Below are positions 60,001-64,000 of a DNA stretch of 64,000 nt, piece after piece. The translations under genes were made by a program, and so were the position numbers. Position 1 is the stretch's first letter; each line of letters starts with the position of its first letter. Below the pieces are notes generated by a model. The model was not told where the DNA came from. It worked only from the letters and a program-made list of their open reading frames with translations, and made no database searches. This DNA is from an uncultured Gammaproteobacteria bacterium. GTDB taxonomy: Bacteria; Patescibacteriota; Patescibacteriia; SBBC01; CAIJZX01. Location: assembly GCA_964518425.1 (NCBI GenBank), contig CAZFGG010000004.1:5701-69700 (forward strand), given 5' to 3'.

Positions 60001-60067
60001 GCTGCCAACCGCGGCCTCGTCTTTCCCAGGCGTAGAAGTGATCAGTCAGCGACTCGATCGAAGACAC
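57014..60067 (-). CDS. HerA/FtsK-superfamily P-loop NTPase (DUF87/TraD-like core) with large N-terminal and C-terminal extensions
   Basis: Walker A 'VIGASGTGKSTLL', 'LAVFDPHGDLID', Walker B 'FYLYIDEFHHF', 'LALVLAHQDLRQL' (TraG-D_C-like). C-terminal 'SVDVALRKNGTSVACEIVVS' is restriction-endonuclease-like. 1017 aa. Confidence 0.65.
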   Translation of the reverse strand: MSSIESLTDHFYAWERRGRGWQLWPEPVELEPPFRPFYFPQIATSPDRLDDGRRPTLLSRLTDRLVGTSGGRPTEASEDSSFDEPTPGRWRGHEEIAQLLVAVPPDLDVSREAAEQFLLALPTAIGPIAFELFGAEESTRLLFTCSAEDEPVLSQCLKAYFPEILVSRGREAVAPRWDALGGEAVVVDFGLAHEFMVPLRAVRKFDVDPLAGVVGALSNLRAGEAGLFQVLACRARQPWAREILRAVLDEQGSPFFIDAPEISALAKAKVARPLFASVIRVGIKSPTRGRAIAVARQVAGAMGALSDPLANELIPLQPDGDYSSQQHEDDLLGRRSHRSGMLLSVEELASLVHLPTSGVRDPRLLRHGHKTKAAPPSVLSQGVCLGQNVHDDQVDEVRLSADHRSRHMYVIGASGTGKSTLLLNLIRQDLENGEGLAVFDPHGDLIDRVLGLVPEGRLQDVILLDPADAEFPIGFNILSAASDLEKTLLSSDLVMVFQRMSMSWGDQMTSVLGNAVLAFVESEQGGTLVDLRRFLVEDRFRKEFLKTVRDPDVIYFWEREFPLLRGRPQAPILTRLDSFLRPKPIRYMVAQQDSRLDLRRVMDEGKILLCRLSHGAIGEENAHLLGTLLVSKLHQVAMSRQDVAEGKRRPFYLYIDEFHHFVTPSMAQILSGARKYGLALVLAHQDLRQLQSRSGDVLASVLANPATRVSFRVGDEDARLLAKGFSSFNADDLQNLGTGEAIARVERADWDFNLRTPLLSALDEAVAETNRAKVVAASREQYARPRAEIEAIIRSGREADAPAAAVEEPTPASSPRHARPVPVSSPLPPVAATTSVVDSATLPSTAGRGGAQHKYLQDLIRRWALANGWGATIEEAVLDGLGSVDVALRKNGTSVACEIVVSSPAEHEAQNLQKCVAAGFSFVVIVSGEKRRLGHIRTLAKAALTPEQFERVHLVSPEEVLDLLGGLHSLQPAEESTVRGYRVRVRRRPGQAEEQEAKHGAVSAVIAKALRRLKKKG

Positions 60068-60082
60068 GGGCGTCCCTTGCTT

Positions 60083-60772
60083 TCAGCACGGCTTGAGGCC
60101 AAGAGCACAAACTACCTTCCAAGGATCCGGTTCGATCCTGGCGGTGCGCTTGAACCCACCACCCCTCCACCAGAGACATTTGTCGAGCGCCCGGATCGGA
60201 GACTTCGGTTCGACCTCGCCCATCCAGCGTGGATCCTCATCGCTGAGTTTTCTTGTGTTCCGAAACTCATGCCTCACAATTTCGCGATAGGCCGAGTCGG
60301 CGGGGCGTGTGTCGACGATCCCCAGCGCCGTACGTACGTAACTGTCGTAGACGGGAATTCGCCAAGGCATGAGCCAATGAAGCGTCTTCGAAGCCAGGGA
60401 CAGTTCGTATCGTCCCGCTCCACCTTCGAGCAGGTTGTCAGCGAACTGCTCGACTTGCTCGACGGCAAAACGCTCGCCCGCAGGATCAAATCGGTCGGCG
60501 AAGTGGGCCTCGGTCCACGACTGGCGAACGAGTGCGCTGGCTCCGACGGTGTCAATGTCAGCTCGGGAATACTGGATGCCCCACCACTCCTTGATCGTGC
60601 GGATAAGCGCAACGACTACAGGGGTGTCCTTGCCGAGCAAGAGATCCGATCGAGCGTATCGGGCGAGACACCACAACACGCGGTCCATCTCGCCCCATAG
60701 CCCATTAAACGTCTCGACATCCTTTTGGATTTCGGGAGCGCTGAGGATCGCGGCCAAAGGACCCCTCGCCAT
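60083..60772 (-). CDS. Hypothetical protein
   Basis: 229 aa, no motif. Confidence 0.35.
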   Translation of the reverse strand: MARGPLAAILSAPEIQKDVETFNGLWGEMDRVLWCLARYARSDLLLGKDTPVVVALIRTIKEWWGIQYSRADIDTVGASALVRQSWTEAHFADRFDPAGERFAVEQVEQFADNLLEGGAGRYELSLASKTLHWLMPWRIPVYDSYVRTALGIVDTRPADSAYREIVRHEFRNTRKLSDEDPRWMGEVEPKSPIRALDKCLWWRGGGFKRTARIEPDPWKVVCALGLKPC

Positions 60773-60858
60773 TGCGGTAGTTCTTTGAGGCCGGGAGGCG
60801 CCAACACCTGATCGCCCGCTTGGGCGTAATCAGAGCAGCGATTCGTTCGAGCCGCGGC

Positions 60859-61221
60859 TTATGGGCTCCACGCGACCGATCGCGGGTGCTTGGCTCCTGC
60901 GCCAATGAACCAGCCCTTGCGCTTCAGGGCGCGGCGAACTCGTCTGAGCCACGGCGACCATAGGCCGACGACAAGCAGCACGATTCCCAGTCCGGCGAGG
61001 ACCCAAGTCAGCACCCAGCGCACATCCGGCGTGAGCGCGGCCTGAGAAAGCTGCGCCGCAAGTGGGTTCGGCATGCTCAACGCGACCGCTAAGCCGCCGA
61101 GCATCAGGACGCGTTCGACTCGCGCCACCGCTGCCCGCAGACCAACCCAAAGGAGCATCACCAACCCCGTGAGGGGCACGAGGACGCACCATAGGAGCGT
61201 CCCAAGGAGTCGTCGTCTCAT
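60859..61221 (-). CDS. Small hypothetical membrane protein
   Basis: Three TM helices. Preferred over the overlapping frame 60830..61240, which has a low-complexity R/G/A-rich translation. Confidence 0.4.
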   Translation of the reverse strand: MRRRLLGTLLWCVLVPLTGLVMLLWVGLRAAVARVERVLMLGGLAVALSMPNPLAAQLSQAALTPDVRWVLTWVLAGLGIVLLVVGLWSPWLRRVRRALKRKGWFIGAGAKHPRSVAWSP

Positions 61222-61272
61222 ACGTTTGACGGTTAATCATGAGCTAACGCTCCCGGCCACATTCTTGAACGT

Positions 61273-62082
61273 TTAGGTCGACTGCGCCGTCGCACCGACC
61301 ATCATGGGTTCCAGCTTCCGAGTCGTCCGGCCGTCAAGCAACTCACGCATGATCGGCTTCCGCTCGTCTTCCTGCAGGGCGCGCATACCCTTGGCGGTCA
61401 TCAGCCCATCGATGCATTCCTGTACCGCCGCGTGGATTGCCGAGCGGAACATGATGGCCGTGTCGAGTCGGTAGTAGGTCACCGGGGCAAACAGCCACCG
61501 ATAGATCCCGCCAACGATCGGAATGGCGAGCATCGCGTTTTCAGCGTTTACACGCCCGAGACGAGCAGCCAGCGCGACCAAAGCCATGACAGCCCAGGGC
61601 GACAGGCCCCAGACAATCAGGAAGAACGGAAGCGACGTGGAAGGGCTGTTGAAGAGGTGTACTCCGAACATCGACGGCCTCCACCAGAGCACGCGAATGT
61701 TCGACAATGCAGACGGGAACATCTTCAACACGAACCAGATGGACTTGGCGAGCAGCCAGGTGGCTGCTACGAAGACGGCTGCCCACGCCGGTACCCACGA
61801 AGCCGGTTTTTTCACGAGCCACCAAGAGAAGAAGAAGCCGGTCCCGAATGGCGCTGCGCACAGGTCAAAAGCGACACGCCCGTCGGTCATGCGGAGGTAC
61901 TCACGCTTTGGCGAGAGCGCACCACCCTCGTTCCAAATGATTCGATGGGTCTTCAGGCCGGGAATGCGGCGGTGAGCGAGGGCGGATTGGACCGAGGAGT
62001 AAAACTCTTTCGACGAGGTTTCAAAATTTTCGATCAGCTTGTTCCAGTTCGACAGGACATCATCCAGCGGGTGCTTTGCCAT
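61273..62082 (-). CDS. Hypothetical membrane protein
   Basis: 269 aa with several TM helices ('FFFSWWLVKKPASWVPAWAAVFVAATWLLAKSIWFVL'). Confidence 0.4.
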   Translation of the reverse strand: MAKHPLDDVLSNWNKLIENFETSSKEFYSSVQSALAHRRIPGLKTHRIIWNEGGALSPKREYLRMTDGRVAFDLCAAPFGTGFFFSWWLVKKPASWVPAWAAVFVAATWLLAKSIWFVLKMFPSALSNIRVLWWRPSMFGVHLFNSPSTSLPFFLIVWGLSPWAVMALVALAARLGRVNAENAMLAIPIVGGIYRWLFAPVTYYRLDTAIMFRSAIHAAVQECIDGLMTAKGMRALQEDERKPIMRELLDGRTTRKLEPMMVGATAQST

Positions 62083-62231
62083 GACTGCCTCCTGCTGACG
62101 GTTCGTCCTGTCCTTTCGTCCGGACCGTCACGGCCAAGCAGGGCCCCGTCATGGGGCTGAGGTGTCCGACAACGCCGCCGAAGCTACCGCAAGTTGGCGA
62201 CAAATGAAATGGCCTGAAGCGATGGGCGCTG

Positions 62232-64000
62232 TTACGCCGCCGGCTGATAGAGGAACTTCTGGAACCCGGCGAAAACTCGGCCAATTTCCTCCGGTTCGCC
62301 GAGGTCGGTCACCGCGTCATTGATGGAGTCGTGGTACTTGAGCCGCAGCAGCGGCGTCAACTTCGACTGGTCAAGCTCCTCCACGCCCACGGTCACGTAG
62401 TGCGAGAGCACGAAGTCCAGAAACGCCTGCTGCTTCGCGGTGAAGTGAGCCGCGATCTCCACCTTGGCTTTCAGTGCTCGCGCTTCGCGCGTGACGGGAG
62501 CGAACGCGTAGGCGACATAAGCCAACACGTCGAACAGGTCGCTTTTCTCCGCGTCGATAATTTTCTGCATCTCCGCGAGCTGTTCCCGTCCAAAACCACG
62601 TTCGGCCAAGCCCTGTAGCAGTCTTGCGCGCGTATCCGGCGCGCTCCAGATGGCTCGCAGTTCGGCTTCATCCCTGAAGAACTCAGGTAGTTTACCGAAG
62701 AGCGTTTCCATGAACTGCTGTGCTGACATCGGCGTGCCGTCTGGATGCCAGAACGTCGTGACCATCATGTGCTGGATGTTGCGCGCCTTGCCGTCAGCGA
62801 GCTTGACCTTGACCTTCGTGCGCGGCGGCACTGGATCCGGCGCTGGTCCTGGCGTGGGCGGAGGCGATAGCGGACCCGGCCCGGGCGAGACAGGTTTCGG
62901 TTCCGGCTCGACAGGCTCGCCATCCCACTCTCGATCACTGAAGTGGTGGTACGCCTTCACGAAATCGTAAATCGTGAAGTAGTCCTTTCCATCGTAGAGG
63001 CGCGTGCCTCGCCCGATGATCTGCTTGAACTCGATCATCGAGTTGATTGGACGCATCAGGACGATGTTGCGAACGTTGCGCGCGTCCACACCGGTCGAGA
63101 GTTTCTGGGAGGTCGTGAGGATGGTTGGCACGAGCTTCTCGTTGTCCTGGAAGTCGCGCAGGTGCTGGTCACCGAGCGCTCCGTCATTGGCCGTGACCCG
63201 GTGGCAGTAGTTCGGGTCCTTGCTCGACTTTATCTGGTTGATCAGATCACGAACCGCAAGGGCGTGATCCTGAGTGGCGCAAAACACGAGCGTTTTGTCG
63301 TTCTGGTTGATCTGGTCCATAAATATTTTGACCCGATGCGCCTCGCGCTCCTTGATCTCGATGATCTTGTTGAACTCGGTCTCCGTGTACACCTTGCCGC
63401 TCTCGACCTCTCCTTCCACGAGCTGGTCATCCGGCGTGTAGACGTACTCGTCGAGCGTGGTCGAGATCTGCTTCACTTTGAACGGGGTCAGGAAACCGTC
63501 GTTGATCCCGTCCTTGAGCGAGTAGATGTAGACCGGGTCGCCGAAGTAGGCGTAGGTGTCGACGTTGTCCTGTCGCTTCGGTGTGGCGGTCATGCCGAGC
63601 TGCACGGCGGGCGCGAAGTAGGTCAGGATGTCGCGCCAGTTGCTTTCGTCGTTGGCGCCTCCGCGGTGGCACTCGTCGATGACGATGAAGTCGAAGAAGT
63701 CCGGTGGGTACTCGCCGAAGTACGGACTGGGCTTGCCGTCCTTGGGCGGCCCGCTCATGAAGGTCTGAAAGATCGTGAAGAAGATGCTGCCGTTCTTCGG
63801 GACCCTGCCCTTCTTCCGGATGTCGCTCGGAGCTATGCGCACGAGCGCATCCTCAGGAAATGATGAGAAGGCGTTGTATGCCTGGTCGGCGAGGATGTTG
63901 CGATCCGCCAGGAAAAGAATGCGCGGACGCCGCGTCGGCTCGCCACTCAGGTTCCATCGCGAGTGAAACAGTTTCCACGCGATCTGAAACGCAATGAAGG
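62232..64000 (-). CDS. hsdR: Type I restriction enzyme R subunit (HsdR), C-terminal ~590 aa; N-terminal part beyond the window edge
   Basis: Helicase motif II 'FVIDECHRG', motif III 'GMTATP', 'YFGDPVYIYSLKDGINDGFLTPF', and an HsdR-specific C-terminal domain ('LFDVLAYVAYAFAPVTREARA'). The reading frame stays open to position 64000. Confidence 0.85.
   Translation of the reverse strand, partial: FIAFQIAWKLFHSRWNLSGEPTRRPRILFLADRNILADQAYNAFSSFPEDALVRIAPSDIRKKGRVPKNGSIFFTIFQTFMSGPPKDGKPSPYFGEYPPDFFDFIVIDECHRGGANDESNWRDILTYFAPAVQLGMTATPKRQDNVDTYAYFGDPVYIYSLKDGINDGFLTPFKVKQISTTLDEYVYTPDDQLVEGEVESGKVYTETEFNKIIEIKEREAHRVKIFMDQINQNDKTLVFCATQDHALAVRDLINQIKSSKDPNYCHRVTANDGALGDQHLRDFQDNEKLVPTILTTSQKLSTGVDARNVRNIVLMRPINSMIEFKQIIGRGTRLYDGKDYFTIYDFVKAYHHFSDREWDGEPVEPEPKPVSPGPGPLSPPPTPGPAPDPVPPRTKVKVKLADGKARNIQHMMVTTFWHPDGTPMSAQQFMETLFGKLPEFFRDEAELRAIWSAPDTRARLLQGLAERGFGREQLAEMQKIIDAEKSDLFDVLAYVAYAFAPVTREARALKAKVEIAAHFTAKQQAFLDFVLSHYVTVGVEELDQSKLTPLLRLKYHDSINDAVTDLGEPEEIGRVFAGFQKFLYQPAA

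Noticed and set aside
57014-60067. Calling the 1017-aa NTPase a conjugative coupling protein (TraD/VirD4)
   Set aside because: Not fully rejected. However the FDPHGD motif and overall order fit HerA/DUF87 at least as well. No relaxase, VirB4 or other T4SS gene is in view. The partner is a HEPN protein. It is presented primarily as a defence candidate, with the conjugative alternative stated.
60830-61240. Alternative 136-aa frame overlapping the small membrane-protein gene
   Set aside because: Its translation is R/G/A-rich low complexity. The co-located 60859..61221 frame encodes clear TM helices and is preferred.

Overview
The window reads as two compartments. (1) About 1-42.3 kb is a mid-GC (~50%) bacterial housekeeping backbone. 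Recognisable genes: ychF; a minus-strand lgt-glyA-folD-DUF360 operon; phosphomannomutase; trpS; RNase J; tRNA-Leu(CAG); secG; uvrC/uvrA; csrA; groES-groEL; ppsA; tRNA-Ser(GGA); a dnaG-rpoD operon. Many secreted or surface proteins are interspersed (LVIVD-repeat, beta-helix, Ig-like). There are glycosylation genes (a GT2-NodB deacetylase fusion; a GT-C ArnT/PMT-like transferase). Several small GC-rich ORFs each carry their own terminator. (2) From about 42.3 kb to the window end (at least 21.7 kb) the GC content rises clearly (~58-65%). This reads as an accessory or mobile island. It holds a structured GC-rich intergenic element at its left edge, then small membrane and Zn-ribbon proteins, a GT2, and a CHAP + FG-GAP + T9SS-type C-terminal sorting-domain protein. 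A contiguous all-minus-strand array follows, in transcription order. A partial type I restriction R subunit (hsdR; continues beyond the window). Membrane and hypothetical proteins. A 1017-aa HerA/FtsK-superfamily NTPase and, adjacent, a 420-aa HEPN (RNxxAH) protein. A large serine recombinase with two C-terminal XRE-type HTH domains. A tightly coupled four-gene operon: a PD-(D/E)xK nuclease-like gene, an unknown gene, a possible HEPN gene, and an AbiJ-like Abi_C/HEPN gene. The two candidate previously undescribed systems are therefore the HerA-like NTPase + HEPN pair and the four-gene nuclease/HEPN operon. Both sit on a recombinase-bearing GC-rich island next to a type I RM. All calls rest on motif recognition by eye; no database search was possible. 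No CRISPR array and no rRNA gene were seen.
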